Source: Acidobacteria bacterium 28-1
GTDB lineage: Bacteria; Acidobacteriota; Blastocatellia; Pyrinomonadales; Pyrinomonadaceae
Assembly (NCBI GenBank): GCA_002050365.1
Contig: MWYZ01000108.1
Span: forward strand, 16,754-80,753
DNA: 64,000 nt
Direction of reading: 5' to 3'
Shown here: in pieces, positions 26,315 to 36,463 of the stretch
How positions within the stretch are numbered: position 1 is the first letter of the stretch
Layout of the letters: each line of letters begins with the position of its first letter
The notes under the pieces: generated by a model
Database searches by the model: none
The model's input: only the letters and a program-made list of their open reading frames with translations
Told to the model about the DNA's origin: nothing
Made by a program: the position numbers and the translations under genes

Positions 26315-27415
26315 ATGAACTACAAAATTACTTCGGTGTTAGCTTTAATCTCGCTCGTTGCAGCGATAATCTTTACCGGCTGTTCCCGCTCGGTCGCATC
26401 AAAACAAGATAGCCAATCGGCAGTTGCTACTCCCGGCAAAACCGATAAAAATAAAGAAAAGTTGAACCGCGAAGCTTCTTTCGTGCCGATGACTTCAGAT
26501 GAAAATGCTGGTGCCAACGCCCGCGACGCGCTGATTGCGGCAGGCAAGGCGAAGGCTGCTCCCGCGCTTAAAGAAGGACAATGGCTTAATTCCGAACCGA
26601 CGACGCTGGAGAATCTACGCGGGCGCGTCGTGCTGGTGGATTTCTGGACGTTCGGCTGTTATAACTGCCGCAATACTTTGCCGACGCTCAAGCGGCTGGA
26701 TGCCGATTACCGCGACAAGGGCTTGACCATCGTCGGCGTTCACACACCCGAATCCGAATACGAAAAGAATTTCGATAAGATTCAAGATGCCGTCAAACGC
26801 TTGGGCATCAAATACCCGGTCGTAACGGACGGAGGCGGCGATACGTGGCGGGAATATAATATCGAAGCGTGGCCGACGGTTGTGATTCTCGATAAACAGG
26901 GACGCATCCGCTATACGCACATCGGCGAGGGCGCATACGATGTGCAGGAAAAGGTTATTCAAACATTGCTTGCCGAAAAGGAAGCTAAAACGGCAAGCGC
27001 GTCAAACGGAGAATACAAGGGAGAAAAAATCGTGAAAACAGAAGACGAATGGCGAAAGCAACTCACTAAAGAACAATTTTACGTGATGCGCGAAAAGGGA
27101 ACCGAGCGAGCTTTTACGGGCGAATACAACGACAATCACGAACACGGCGATTATTACTGCGCGGCGTGTCATTTAAAGCTATTCAGTTCCGACGCAAAAT
27201 TTGAATCCGGCACGGGCTGGCCAAGTTTTTATCAGCCGATTGCCGCGATAAACGTCACCGAAGAAACCGATAATAGTTTTGGCTCGTCACGCACCGAAGT
27301 GTTATGCAGTCGTTGTCGTTCGCATCTCGGTCACGTTTTCGACGACGGACCGAAGCCGACCGGCTTACGTTATTGTATGAATTCGGTCGCGCTAAAATTT
27401 GAAAAACAAAACTGA
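26315..27415 (+). CDS. msrB: Lipoprotein fusion: thioredoxin-like (TlpA/redoxin) domain + methionine-R-sulfoxide reductase MsrB
   Basis: It has a lipobox-like IIFTGCS and the redoxin motif WTFGCYNC. The MsrB domain shows [34 protein letters not shown] and RYCMNS. ATG 26315 follows an AAGGGAAA RBS. Confidence 0.85.
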   Translation: MNYKITSVLALISLVAAIIFTGCSRSVASKQDSQSAVATPGKTDKNKEKLNREASFVPMTSDENAGANARDALIAAGKAKAAPALKEGQWLNSEPTTLENLRGRVVLVDFWTFGCYNCRNTLPTLKRLDADYRDKGLTIVGVHTPESEYEKNFDKIQDAVKRLGIKYPVVTDGGGDTWREYNIEAWPTVVILDKQGRIRYTHIGEGAYDVQEKVIQTLLAEKEAKTASASNGEYKGEKIVKTEDEWRKQLTKEQFYVMREKGTERAFTGEYNDNHEHGDYYCAACHLKLFSSDAKFESGTGWPSFYQPIAAINVTEETDNSFGSSRTEVLCSRCRSHLGHVFDDGPKPTGLRYCMNSVALKFEKQN

Positions 27416-27419
27416 ATTT

Positions 27420-27435
27420 ACCGTCTGACGGTTTT
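27420..27435 (+). terminator. Weak terminator-like hairpin ACCGTC-T-GACGGT followed by TTTT
   Basis: Short stem right after the msrB stop. The loop is too small for the full stem to form, so support is weak. Confidence 0.25.
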
Positions 27436-27526
27436 AGCTTTATAATCGCCAAATAATGATGCAGGAAAACGGCATACAATTAGAAAAGAAGCCTTCGCTT
27501 GCGACGCGCTGGCTGCACTGAATTAG

Positions 27527-27907
27527 TTTTCCGCCGCTGACGATAATGATTTTTCGGATTTTACCGCGAAATATCAGCCGAAAACGCGCGATGGCAACGC
27601 GCCCGACTTAAAAAATCATCCCGAAAATCTGCTGCCGTATGTCTCGCTCGTGACTTCTGACGAAGGATATTACGTCGGCTTTGATATACCGAGCATTCTT
27701 CATCCGCAGACGCTTCTGGCGTATGAAATGAACGGCGCGCCACTAACTCTGGAACACGGCGCGCCGCTACGCCTCGCCACGCCGACCAAATACGGCATCA
27801 AACAAATCAAACGCATCGGACGAATTGAATATACCGACAAACGCCCGCGCGATTTTTGGGCGGAACAAGGCTATGATTGGTATTCGGAGCATAATTACAT
27901 TTCTTAA
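27527..27907 (+). pseudogene. C-terminal fragment of a sulfite-oxidase-family molybdopterin oxidoreductase (MsrP/YedY-like)
   Basis: LLAYEMNGAPLTLEHGAPLRLATPTKYGIKQIKRIGRIEYTDKRPRDFWAEQGYDWYS is typical of the family. The frame is open only from 27527 (TAG at 24-26), so the N-terminal Mo-binding part is absent. Confidence 0.6.
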
Positions 27908-28235
27908 TACCAAAATAGATGACAAAAAGAAAAGGCGATTCCGAAGAATTGCTCAAAAACAAGGTTGGACTGAGATGATTTGAACCTCCAACTTCTCCCA
28001 AACCGGACGACGGTGACGATAGAATCCCAGAGAGTAACAAACCAGACATATTTACGCATTTCCAAGATGAGCTAATTCTCCAGATTTAGCCAGTTATTGT
28101 TTCTTCATTTGCGCGTCGCCCTGCCGACTTGAGAAATTACTTAACAAATTATTTATCTTGCCGCAGCTATAGTTTTGTAATACATTAAGCGAAGAATCGT
28201 TTATTTATTTCAAATGTCCTTTGACCATTTTCAAA

Positions 28236-29366
28236 ATGCAAATCATTGTCTTGAAAGAATCATTTGCGGACGAAATTCGCGTCGCTCTTGTTCCTGAGTC
28301 GGTCAAAAAACTCGTTGCGGCAGGAAATAAAGTTCTTGTCGAAACCGGCGCGGGCGAATCAGCCGGCGCAACCGATACCGATTATGAACAAGCCGGAGCG
28401 GAAATTTCATCTGCTCAAGAAGAACTGCTGCAAAAAGCCGATGTTTTGCTGGCAATAAATCGTCCCGCCGACGCGAGTTTGTCGAAACTGAAAAAAAGCA
28501 CAATTGTCGTCGCTCTTCTGCGCCCTTTGGATGAGCCGGAAAAACTGCAAGCATTTATTGAGAATGATTTGACGGCAATTTCTCTGGAAATGATTCCACG
28601 CACAACGCGGGCGCAGGCGATGGACATTTTGTCTTCGATGGCGACGATTGCCGGTTACAAAGCCGTTCTTCTGGGATGCGAAAAACTGCCGCGAATGCTG
28701 CCGATGATGACGACCGCGGCGGGAACGATTCCGCCCGCGAAAGTTTTAATTGTCGGCGCGGGTGTTGCCGGACTTCAGGCGATTGCGACGGCGCGGCGTT
28801 TGGGCGCGGTCGTCGAAGGCTTTGACATCAGAGCGGCGGCTGGCGAAGCCGTGCGCTCTCTGGGAGCAAAGTTTCTCGAACTCGAAAACGTCAACGCCGA
28901 AGGCGAAGGCGGTTATGCGAAAGAAGTCGGCGAGGAAATTATGGAAAGCGCACGCGAACTTTTGAGAAAAGCGGCGGCAAACACCGATTGCATCATCACG
29001 ACCGCGCAAATTCCGGGAAGGCGCGCTCCAATTTTAATCACTGGAGAAGCCGTCGAAGCGATGAAACGCGGTTCGACGATTATTGATTTAGCGGGTGCAA
29101 ACGGCGGCAACTGTGAGCTTTCCAAGCCGAACGAAATCGTCAATCACAACGGAATTTTTATTTACGCGCCCACCAATCTGGCGGCGACAATTCCGGTTCA
29201 CGCGAGCCAGCTTTTTTCGCGCAACGTAACGGCATTTTGCAATCTGCTGGCGACGGGCGGCGCGTTAAATTTGGATTTTTCTGACGATATTCTGAACGGC
29301 AGTTGCGTCGTGCATCAGGGCGAGATTCGCAACGAGAGAATTAAAGAGATTTTCAATACAAAATAA
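28236..29366 (+). CDS. pntAA: NAD(P) transhydrogenase subunit alpha part 1 (AlaDH/PNT domains)
   Basis: VLIVGAGVAGLQAIATARRLGA is a Rossmann motif, and the architecture is AlaDH/PNT. ATG is at 28236. Confidence 0.9.
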   Translation: MQIIVLKESFADEIRVALVPESVKKLVAAGNKVLVETGAGESAGATDTDYEQAGAEISSAQEELLQKADVLLAINRPADASLSKLKKSTIVVALLRPLDEPEKLQAFIENDLTAISLEMIPRTTRAQAMDILSSMATIAGYKAVLLGCEKLPRMLPMMTTAAGTIPPAKVLIVGAGVAGLQAIATARRLGAVVEGFDIRAAAGEAVRSLGAKFLELENVNAEGEGGYAKEVGEEIMESARELLRKAAANTDCIITTAQIPGRRAPILITGEAVEAMKRGSTIIDLAGANGGNCELSKPNEIVNHNGIFIYAPTNLAATIPVHASQLFSRNVTAFCNLLATGGALNLDFSDDILNGSCVVHQGEIRNERIKEIFNTK

Positions 29367-29376
29367 ATAGAGTTTT

Positions 29377-29676
29377 ATGGATAACGAAACCATTATCAGC
29401 TTGCTATACGTTTTCGCGTTAGCGGCTTTTCTGGGCTATCTGGTCATCTCGAAAGTGCCGCCGCTGCTTCATACGCCTTTGATGTCGGCGACCAACGCGA
29501 TTTCGGGAATTTCAGTCGTCGGCGCGATTGTTCTGGCAGGCTCGCAGCACGACCGAGTTAGTACGATTTTGGGCGTGATTGCCGTGATTTCCGCCACTAT
29601 AAATGTTGTCGGCGGTTTTATGATAACCGACCGAATGCTCAGAATGTTTCAAGACAAGACGGGAAGAAAGAAATAA
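29377..29676 (+). CDS. pntAB: NAD(P) transhydrogenase subunit alpha part 2 (membrane)
   Basis: 99-aa protein with three TM segments: LLYVFALAAFLGYLVISKVPPLLHTPLMSATNAISGISVVGAI... Confidence 0.9.
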   Translation: MDNETIISLLYVFALAAFLGYLVISKVPPLLHTPLMSATNAISGISVVGAIVLAGSQHDRVSTILGVIAVISATINVVGGFMITDRMLRMFQDKTGRKK

Positions 29677-29681
29677 GAGTT

Positions 29682-29777
29682 TTGCCCGCGGAACACGCGG
29701 AACACACGGAAAAAAAGAAAAATAATTTTTTATGTTTTGCCTTTTCTTTTAGCGTCTTTGGCGTGTTTCGCGGGCAA
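29682..29777. repeat. Palindromic element with termini TTGCCCGCGGAACACGC ... GCGTGTTTCGCGGGCAA (copy A)
   Basis: The terminal 17-mers are complementary with 1 mismatch. It sits between the pntAB stop and the GxxExxY gene. Confidence 0.8.
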
Positions 29778-29786
29778 TAAAAATTT

Positions 29787-30212
29787 ATGGCTGATTTAAT
29801 CTACAAAGAAGAAAGCTACAAAATCATCGGCGCATGTTTTGAACTTTATAAGCAAAAAGGCTGTGGTTTTCTTGAGCCTGTTTATCAAGAATGTTTGAGA
29901 ATAGAATTTGAAATTCAGGAAATTCCTTTTGTGTTTGAGCCTATAATTCAGCTTGAATACAAAGGAATACAATTAGAACAATTTTTCAAACCTGACTTTG
30001 TTTGCTTCAGCAAAATTATTGTTGAACTGAAGGCGGTATCGAGTTTGGTTGATGAACATAGAGCGCAAACAATGAATTACTTGAACGCGACTGGTTTTGA
30101 ATTGGCGTTACTGGTCAACTTCGGGCATTTTCCAAAACTCGAATACGAACGCTTTGCCAACACTAAAAACTCCAAAAATTTGATTCGGGAAGTTAAAAGC
30201 TGGAATGAATGA
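29787..30212 (+). CDS. GxxExxY family protein (PD-(D/E)XK-like fold)
   Basis: YKEESYKIIGACFELYKQKGCGFLEPVYQECLRIEF contains the family-defining G-F-L-E-P-V-Y. AT-rich relative to its neighbours. Confidence 0.8.
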   Translation: MADLIYKEESYKIIGACFELYKQKGCGFLEPVYQECLRIEFEIQEIPFVFEPIIQLEYKGIQLEQFFKPDFVCFSKIIVELKAVSSLVDEHRAQTMNYLNATGFELALLVNFGHFPKLEYERFANTKNSKNLIREVKSWNE

Positions 30213-30398
30213 TTGCCCGCGAAACACGCGAAAGACGCTAAAAAGATAAGAACGAAAAGGCAAAATTTTCTTTATTTCTTTTTTCGAGGGCAAACAAACA
30301 AAAATGAAACGGATACTTTTGGAATGTGTGGAACAGATGAAGCAATTTTTGCTTTGATTTTGTTTTCTTTTCGCGTTTTTAGCGTGTTTCGCGGGCAA
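30213..30398. repeat. Palindromic element with termini TTGCCCGCGAAACACGC ... GCGTGTTTCGCGGGCAA (copy B)
   Basis: The terminal 17-mers are perfectly complementary. The first ~54 nt are the reverse complement of the right part of copy A (29735-29777). It begins immediately after the GxxExxY stop. Confidence 0.8.
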
Positions 30399-30407
30399 AT
30401 ATCTTTT

Positions 30408-31778
30408 ATGCAAATTCCTTATTTAATCGAAATCATCTATCTCGTCGCGTCCGTTTTATTTATTTACGGTCTGAAAGCGATGAGTCATCCGACGACGGCG
30501 CGACGCGGAATGAATGCGGCGGCGGTTGGAATGTTGATGGCGATTGCCGGAACGCTTTTTCATCGAGAAATCGTTTCTTACGAATGGATTATCGTCGGTC
30601 TGGTGATTGGCTCGCTAATCGGCGCGGCAATGTCAATCTGGATGCCGATGACCGCGATGCCGCAGCGAACCGCTCTCTCACACGCTTTCGGCGCACTCGC
30701 CGCCACGATTGTCGGGATTGCCGAATTTTATCGGTACAGCGGCGAATTGGGTTCTTTTAAAATGACCGCCATAGGTTTTGAAGTTCTGTTCGGCGGCATC
30801 ACCGTTACGGGAAGTTTAATCGCTTTTGCCAAACTGCAAGGCTTGGTGCGCGGAACGCCTGTTACTTACAAAGGTCAAAACATCGTCAATATCTCTTTGT
30901 TCGTTGCGGCTGTCGGTATTTTTGTTTATCTGATTTTCTTTCCGGTCGGAATACTGTTTTATGTGATGGTCGGAATGGCGTTTTTGTTCGGCGTTTTGCT
31001 CGTGCTGCCGATTGGCGCGGCTGATATGCCGGTCGTCATGTCGCTGATGAATTCTTACGCCGGACTCGCTTCCGCCGCGACGGGTTTTGCCCTGAACAAC
31101 AAGGTTTTAATTATTGCCGGAACGCTCGACGGTTTTTCCGGCTTGATTCTTTCGATTCTAATGTGCCGCGCGATGAATCGTTCAATCACGAATGTTTTAT
31201 TCGGCGCGTTCGGTTCGGCGGGAACTGAAGCGACGCAGATTGAAGGAACGATGCGCGAAACTTCGGTTGACGATGTTGCTGTGCAGTTGGCTTATGCGCG
31301 TCAGGTCGTTTTCGTTCCCGGCTACGGAATGGCGACGGCGCAGGCGCAGCACGCTCTGCGGGAGTTGGCGGACACGCTTGAAAAGCGCGGCGTTTCGGTC
31401 AAATACGCGATTCATCCGGTCGCCGGCAGAATGCCCGGACATATGAACGTGCTGCTTGCCGAAGCCAACGTGCCGTATTCGCTCCTTTATGAACTCGAAC
31501 AAGTCAATCCGGAAATGCCGACCACCGATGTCGCCGTTGTCGTCGGCGCAAACGACACGGTAAATCCGGATGCAAGAGATAATCCGAAAAGCGCGATTGC
31601 CGGGATGCCGATTATCGAAGTTGACCGCGCGACTCAGGTGATTGTTCTCAAACGCGGGCAGGGAAAAGGTTTTTCCGGCATCGAAAATCCTTTGTTTTTC
31701 AAACCGAATACGGCGATGCTGTACGGCGACGCGAAAGATTCTTTGTCCAAACTCGCGCAAGCGGTTCAACAAGCCTGA
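30408..31778 (+). CDS. pntB: NAD(P) transhydrogenase subunit beta
   Basis: MQIPYLIEIIYLVASVLFIYGLKAMSHPTTARRGM... has a C-terminal NADP(H) domain VVFVPGYGMA...GANDTVNP. The track ORF start 30213 lies in repeat copy B, so the start was moved to ATG 30408. Confidence 0.9.
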   Translation: MQIPYLIEIIYLVASVLFIYGLKAMSHPTTARRGMNAAAVGMLMAIAGTLFHREIVSYEWIIVGLVIGSLIGAAMSIWMPMTAMPQRTALSHAFGALAATIVGIAEFYRYSGELGSFKMTAIGFEVLFGGITVTGSLIAFAKLQGLVRGTPVTYKGQNIVNISLFVAAVGIFVYLIFFPVGILFYVMVGMAFLFGVLLVLPIGAADMPVVMSLMNSYAGLASAATGFALNNKVLIIAGTLDGFSGLILSILMCRAMNRSITNVLFGAFGSAGTEATQIEGTMRETSVDDVAVQLAYARQVVFVPGYGMATAQAQHALRELADTLEKRGVSVKYAIHPVAGRMPGHMNVLLAEANVPYSLLYELEQVNPEMPTTDVAVVVGANDTVNPDARDNPKSAIAGMPIIEVDRATQVIVLKRGQGKGFSGIENPLFFKPNTAMLYGDAKDSLSKLAQAVQQA

Positions 31779-31803
31779 AATGCCGAATTTCGCAAATAAA
31801 ATT

Positions 31804-34800
31804 ATGAAATTATTAAAACGCTCTCTCTTGCCGATATTTATTATCGCTTTCGTATTCGGCATTCAAACAATTGCTGACGCGCAGGCGTTTAATCAGGATT
31901 TCAAACAAGCTCTGCATTGGCGCAACATCGGACCGTTTCGCGGCAGTCGAACCCGCGCCGTCGCGGGTGTCCCTTCGCAACCTAACGTTTTTTATATGGC
32001 GCAGAGCAACGGCGGAGTTTTTAAAACGACCGATGCCGGACGCACCTGGATTCCAATTTTTGACGACCAACCGACGGGTTCAATCGGCGCAATCGCCGTT
32101 TCAATTTCAAATCCGAACGTGATTTACGTCGGCAGCGGCGAAGGTTTGCATCGTCCTGATTTGTCGGTCGGCGACGGCGTTTATAAATCAATTGACGCAG
32201 GACGCACTTGGACGCATTTAGGTTTGCGCGACGGTCAACAAATCGCGGAAATTGCCGTTGACCCGCGCGACGAAAATAAAGTTCTTGTTGCTGTCGCCGG
32301 ACATCCTTACGGCGCAAACGCGGAGCGCGGTATTTATCGCTCTCTCGACGGCGGAAAAACTTTTGAAAAAGTTCTCGGCAAAGATGAAAACGTCGGCGGC
32401 TGGGATGTCGTGATTGACCCGACCAATACAAACATCATTTACGCATCGCTCTGGGAATCGCGCGAAGGCGCGTGGGAAAACGCCCGGTTCGACGGCACGA
32501 ACGGCGGCGTCTTTAAATCAATTGATGGCGGCAAGACTTGGCGGCAATTAACAAAAGGCTTGCCTGCCAGTATCACGCAAGCCAGCCTCGCCGTTGCGCC
32601 GAGCAATCCGAAACGCTTGTTTGCCGCAGTCAGAACGCCGGACGACACGAAATTTTATCGCTCAAGCGACGCAGGCGAAACGTGGACGGTTGTTACAACC
32701 GATTCTCGTCCGGCGAATCGTATTGCGAGCGGCGATTTGGGCGATTTGCAGTTTGACCCGAAAAACGCGGACGTGATTTACGCGGCAAGTATTGTTACCT
32801 GGAAATCTACGGACGGCGGTACAACCTGGACGGCTTTTCGCGGAGCGCCGGGCGGCGACGATTATCAAAACATCTGGATAAATCCGAATAATTCCGAAAT
32901 TATTTTAATGGGCAGCGACCAGGGCGCAATCATCACGGTTAACGGCGGAAAGTCCTGGAGTTCGTGGTATAACCAGCCGACCGCGCAGCTTTATCACGTT
33001 TCCGCCGACAACTCTTTTCCGTATCGCCTGTGCAGCGGTCAACAGGAAAGCGGCTCGGTTTGCATTTCGAGCCGCGGCAATTACGGCGAGATAACTTTTA
33101 AAGATTGGACTCCGGTAGCGGCGGAAGAATACGGCTACGTCGCCGCCGACCCGCTCGACCCCGACATCGTTTATGGCGGCAAACTCTCGCGCTACGACCG
33201 GCGGACGGGACAGGCGCAAAACATTTTGCCGAAACCGTTTCGCGGCGCTGATTTTCGGATGATTAGAACGCAGCCGGTAATTTTTTCGCCCGTTGATAAT
33301 CGAACGTTGTATTTTTCGGGAAACACTTTGTGGAAAACGCGCGACGGCGGGCAGAATTGGGAGCAAATCAGTCAGGATTTGACGCGCAAAACGTGGGAAA
33401 TTCCGGCAAGCACGGGCAAATTCAAAACACTGCCTTCCGCGCAGCCGACGCAGCGCGGAGTGATTTACACCGTCGCGCCGTCATTCCAAGACATCAATCG
33501 AATTTGGGTTGGAACTGACGACGGTTTGATTCAACTGACCACCGACGGCGGCAAAAATTGGAAAGACATCACGCCGCCAAACATTTCGGCGTGGCAGAAA
33601 ATTTCCATCGTCGAAGCCGGACATTTTGACAAGGACACGGCTTATGCGGCAGTCAACACTTTGCGGCTCGACGACAATCGTCCGCACATCTACCGGACGC
33701 ACGACAGCGGAAAAAATTGGAAGGAAATTACAAAGGGCATTCCCGACGGGCAAACCGTCAATGTTGTGCGCGAGGACACGCGGCGAAAAGGTTTATTATT
33801 TGCCGGAACCGAACGCGCCGTTTATGTCTCGTTTGACGACGGCGAAAATTGGCAATCTCTGCGGTTTAATATGCCCGCGACTTCCGTGCGCGATTTAATC
33901 GTCAAAGACGACGACATCGCCGTCGGCACGCACGGGCGCGGATTTTGGATTTTGGATAACATCACGCCGCTTCGACAGCTTGAAACGAACAATCAAGAAT
34001 CGGTTCTTTTCAAACCGCAAACCGCTTTGCGTGTTCGTTGGAATATGAACACCGACACGCCTTTGCCGCCCGACGAGCCGTCAGGCGAAAATCCGCCGGA
34101 CGGCGCGATGATTGATTATTATCTCGACAAAAACGCGCCGAACGTTACGCTGGAAATCAAAGACCGCAAAGGAAGCGTTGTGCGGAGTTATTCGAGCGCG
34201 GACAAGTTTGCGCCGGTAAAGGATACGAACAATGTTCCGGCTTACTGGATTCGACCGCCACAAGTATTATCGAACAAAGCCGGAATCCACCGCTTTATGT
34301 GGGATTTGCAGTATCAGCCGATTCCGAACGTTGAGCCGGAATATCCGATTGCCGCCGTTTATCGCAACACCGCGCCGAACGCGACCGCGCCGTGGGCGAT
34401 GCCGGGCGAATATTCAATTGTGCTGACCGTCGGCGGCAAAAGCTACACGCAGCCGATGACGGTTAAAATTGACCCGCGCCTGAAAACTTCGACGGCTGAT
34501 TTGACAAAACAGTTTGAATTATCAAAACAACTTTACGACCACAGGCTCACGCTGCAGCCGATAACCGAGCGCGTCAATTTGCTCGGTTCCGAACTCGCCA
34601 AAGCCAAAGAAAGGGCGGGACAAAATGCTGTCGCCGGGCAAATTGACGCGCTGGATAAAAAACTGAACGAACTTACCGGCGCAACAAATCGCCGTCCGGG
34701 CGCGCCGCTTTCACTTGATGTTTTAGCTAGACTGCAAACGCTTTTCGGCGTGATTCAGGAAGTTGATGCCGCGCCAACTCCGCAAGTCGCGGCAGCCGTC

Positions 34801-34926
34801 GTCGAAGTGAACCGCGAATCAAAATCCGTCATCGAACGCTGGCAGACAATCGAATCGCAAGACATTCCGGCACTAAATCGGCAGCTTCAAGCCGTAGGTC
34901 TGCCAAGTGTAAAGATAAAAGAATGA
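31804..34926 (+). CDS. Large secreted Asp-box (BNR) repeat protein, sortilin/VPS10-like double propeller
   Basis: The signal peptide is MKLLKRSLLPIFIIAFVFGIQTIADA. There are at least 10 Asp-boxes (TDAGRTW, SIDAGRTW, SLDGGKTF, SIDGGKTW, SSDAGETW, STDGGTTW, TRDGGQNW, TTDGGKNW, THDSGKNW, FDDGENW). Confidence 0.75.
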   Translation: MKLLKRSLLPIFIIAFVFGIQTIADAQAFNQDFKQALHWRNIGPFRGSRTRAVAGVPSQPNVFYMAQSNGGVFKTTDAGRTWIPIFDDQPTGSIGAIAVSISNPNVIYVGSGEGLHRPDLSVGDGVYKSIDAGRTWTHLGLRDGQQIAEIAVDPRDENKVLVAVAGHPYGANAERGIYRSLDGGKTFEKVLGKDENVGGWDVVIDPTNTNIIYASLWESREGAWENARFDGTNGGVFKSIDGGKTWRQLTKGLPASITQASLAVAPSNPKRLFAAVRTPDDTKFYRSSDAGETWTVVTTDSRPANRIASGDLGDLQFDPKNADVIYAASIVTWKSTDGGTTWTAFRGAPGGDDYQNIWINPNNSEIILMGSDQGAIITVNGGKSWSSWYNQPTAQLYHVSADNSFPYRLCSGQQESGSVCISSRGNYGEITFKDWTPVAAEEYGYVAADPLDPDIVYGGKLSRYDRRTGQAQNILPKPFRGADFRMIRTQPVIFSPVDNRTLYFSGNTLWKTRDGGQNWEQISQDLTRKTWEIPASTGKFKTLPSAQPTQRGVIYTVAPSFQDINRIWVGTDDGLIQLTTDGGKNWKDITPPNISAWQKISIVEAGHFDKDTAYAAVNTLRLDDNRPHIYRTHDSGKNWKEITKGIPDGQTVNVVREDTRRKGLLFAGTERAVYVSFDDGENWQSLRFNMPATSVRDLIVKDDDIAVGTHGRGFWILDNITPLRQLETNNQESVLFKPQTALRVRWNMNTDTPLPPDEPSGENPPDGAMIDYYLDKNAPNVTLEIKDRKGSVVRSYSSADKFAPVKDTNNVPAYWIRPPQVLSNKAGIHRFMWDLQYQPIPNVEPEYPIAAVYRNTAPNATAPWAMPGEYSIVLTVGGKSYTQPMTVKIDPRLKTSTADLTKQFELSKQLYDHRLTLQPITERVNLLGSELAKAKERAGQNAVAGQIDALDKKLNELTGATNRRPGAPLSLDVLARLQTLFGVIQEVDAAPTPQVAAAVVEVNRESKSVIERWQTIESQDIPALNRQLQAVGLPSVKIKE

Positions 34927-34981
34927 AAACAGGAAGAATGATAATTCAAATGAAAAGATTATAATTTTTGATTATTTTGCT

Positions 34982-36049
34982 TCAACAAATTCTTGGAAGT
35001 TGTTCGCCGAGCTGCAGATCTACGACGCGAGTGCCGCCGATACCGGTTTTAGCGACGACCATTCCGGCGTGTTCGGCGACGACTTCGCCGATGATTTCCG
35101 CTTTTTCGCCAAACTTATTTGAGCGCATCTTTTCGAGCATTTCGTCGGCATATTCGCGCGACAGAATCGCCACGAGTTTGCCTTCGTTGGCGACGTAAAG
35201 CGGGTCAAGTCCGAGCATTTCGCACGCCGAGCGCACAATGCGCGGAACGGGCAAACTGTTTTCCTGAAGGCGAATTCCGACGTTTGAAGACTTGGCGATT
35301 TCATTTAACACCGAAGCCACGCCGCCGCGCGTCGCGTCGCGCAGAACGTGAATTTCTTTTGTAACTTCGAGCATTTCCGCAACTAATCCATTCAACGGCG
35401 CACAGTCAGACAAAATCGGCGCGTCAAACTCTAAGCCTTCGCGGACGCTCATAATCGCAATTCCGTGCAGACCGATTTCGCCCGAAACAATGACGACATC
35501 GCCCGCTTGCGCTAGATTCGGCGCGATATTTACGCCTCCGGAAACGATGCCGATACCACTCGTGTTGATAAAAACGCCGTCGCCTTTGCCGCGCTCGACA
35601 ACCTTCGTATCGCCGGTGACGATGCGCACATTCGCAGTGAGCGCGGCTTGGCTCATCGAACCGACGATTCTACCAAGATTTTCCATCTCGAAACCTTCTT
35701 CGATGATAAAACCCGCGCTTAAAAACATAGGCTTTGCGCCGCTCATCGCCACGTCGTTGACCGTGCCGTTGATTGCCAAATCGCCGATGTTGCCGCCGGG
35801 AAAAAATAACGGATTGACGACAAAAGAATCGGTGGAATATGCGAGCCGTGCGCCATTTTGCAAAATTCCATTTAAATCAATCGTCGCCGCGTCGCCCAAT
35901 TTTTCCAGCGTTTCATTTGAGAAGGCGGGCAGGAAAAGATTTTCGATTAACTCGTTTGACAATTTTCCGCCGCCGCCGTGTCCGAGAACAATTTTCGGAT
36001 AATCACGAAGCGGCAAAGGGCAAGTCCAACTGTTAAAATCTAAATTCAT
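34982..36049 (-). CDS. hypE: [NiFe]-hydrogenase maturation protein HypE
   Basis: It has the PurM-like fold pattern, an N-terminal CPLP...GHGGGG and the diagnostic C-terminal ...LPRIC. Confidence 0.9.
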   Translation of the reverse strand: MNLDFNSWTCPLPLRDYPKIVLGHGGGGKLSNELIENLFLPAFSNETLEKLGDAATIDLNGILQNGARLAYSTDSFVVNPLFFPGGNIGDLAINGTVNDVAMSGAKPMFLSAGFIIEEGFEMENLGRIVGSMSQAALTANVRIVTGDTKVVERGKGDGVFINTSGIGIVSGGVNIAPNLAQAGDVVIVSGEIGLHGIAIMSVREGLEFDAPILSDCAPLNGLVAEMLEVTKEIHVLRDATRGGVASVLNEIAKSSNVGIRLQENSLPVPRIVRSACEMLGLDPLYVANEGKLVAILSREYADEMLEKMRSNKFGEKAEIIGEVVAEHAGMVVAKTGIGGTRVVDLQLGEQLPRIC

Positions 36050-36110
36050 TTTGTTATTCAGGGATTATTAAATGTCTTCGGCGGCGGCGATTTTTGACGA
36101 ACGTCCGAAA

Positions 36111-36462
36111 TTACGATTGAGCAAATCTGACCCGCGTTTCTGTTGCCACGAAAAATTGCTCCGGCAATTTTTCAGCGTAATTTTCCAATAACCTTTGCAG
36201 AACCGCAATTTTATTCGCCGCCCGTTCATCTTCAAGCCGCAGAAGAATCACGCCTTTGTGTTCGCGCCGCTCGCGGAAAAACATCTCGCCGAAATCTTTG
36301 TCGTTAGTTACTAAAATCCAATCTTCAGTGAAAGCCTTTTCGATAACTTCATCATCGGTCATTCCACGCGCTTCGTTGAAAACGGAAAAGACTTCGTGAT
36401 GCGTGTTCGCGCAGCCATTTGGCGACTTTCGAGCCGGTGCATTCGTCAACCAGAAAACGCAT
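36111..36462 (-). pseudogene. DUF5615/PIN-like toxin gene with an N-terminal frameshift
   Basis: ATG 36462 opens MRFLVDECTGSKVAKWLREH, a canonical N-terminus, but that frame stops after 36 codons. The rest of the domain (HEVFSVFNEARGMTDDEVIEKAFTEDWILVTNDKDFGE...) is in the frame of the TTG-started track ORF 36111..36467. The frame switch is near 36400. Confidence 0.6.
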
Positions 36463-36463
36463 T

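Noticed and set aside
27961-28047. A tRNA-like T-loop signature (reverse complement GGAGGTTCAAATC) in the spacer upstream of pntAA. I also considered tRNA-Sec, given the UGA candidates.
   Set aside because: I could not fold a cloverleaf. The putative T-stem does not pair (GGAGG/CATCT), and there is no acceptor stem or plausible anticodon arm. At most it is a short tRNA-derived fragment.
30213-30407. The N-terminal 65-codon extension of PntB in the track ORF.
   Set aside because: The extension is a translation of palindromic repeat copy B. Canonical PntB starts at MQIPYLIE (ATG 30408).
31642-31803. The upstream extension of the Asp-box protein ORF overlapping the 3' end of pntB.
   Set aside because: ATG 31804 yields a typical signal peptide. 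The extension overlaps pntB coding sequence.
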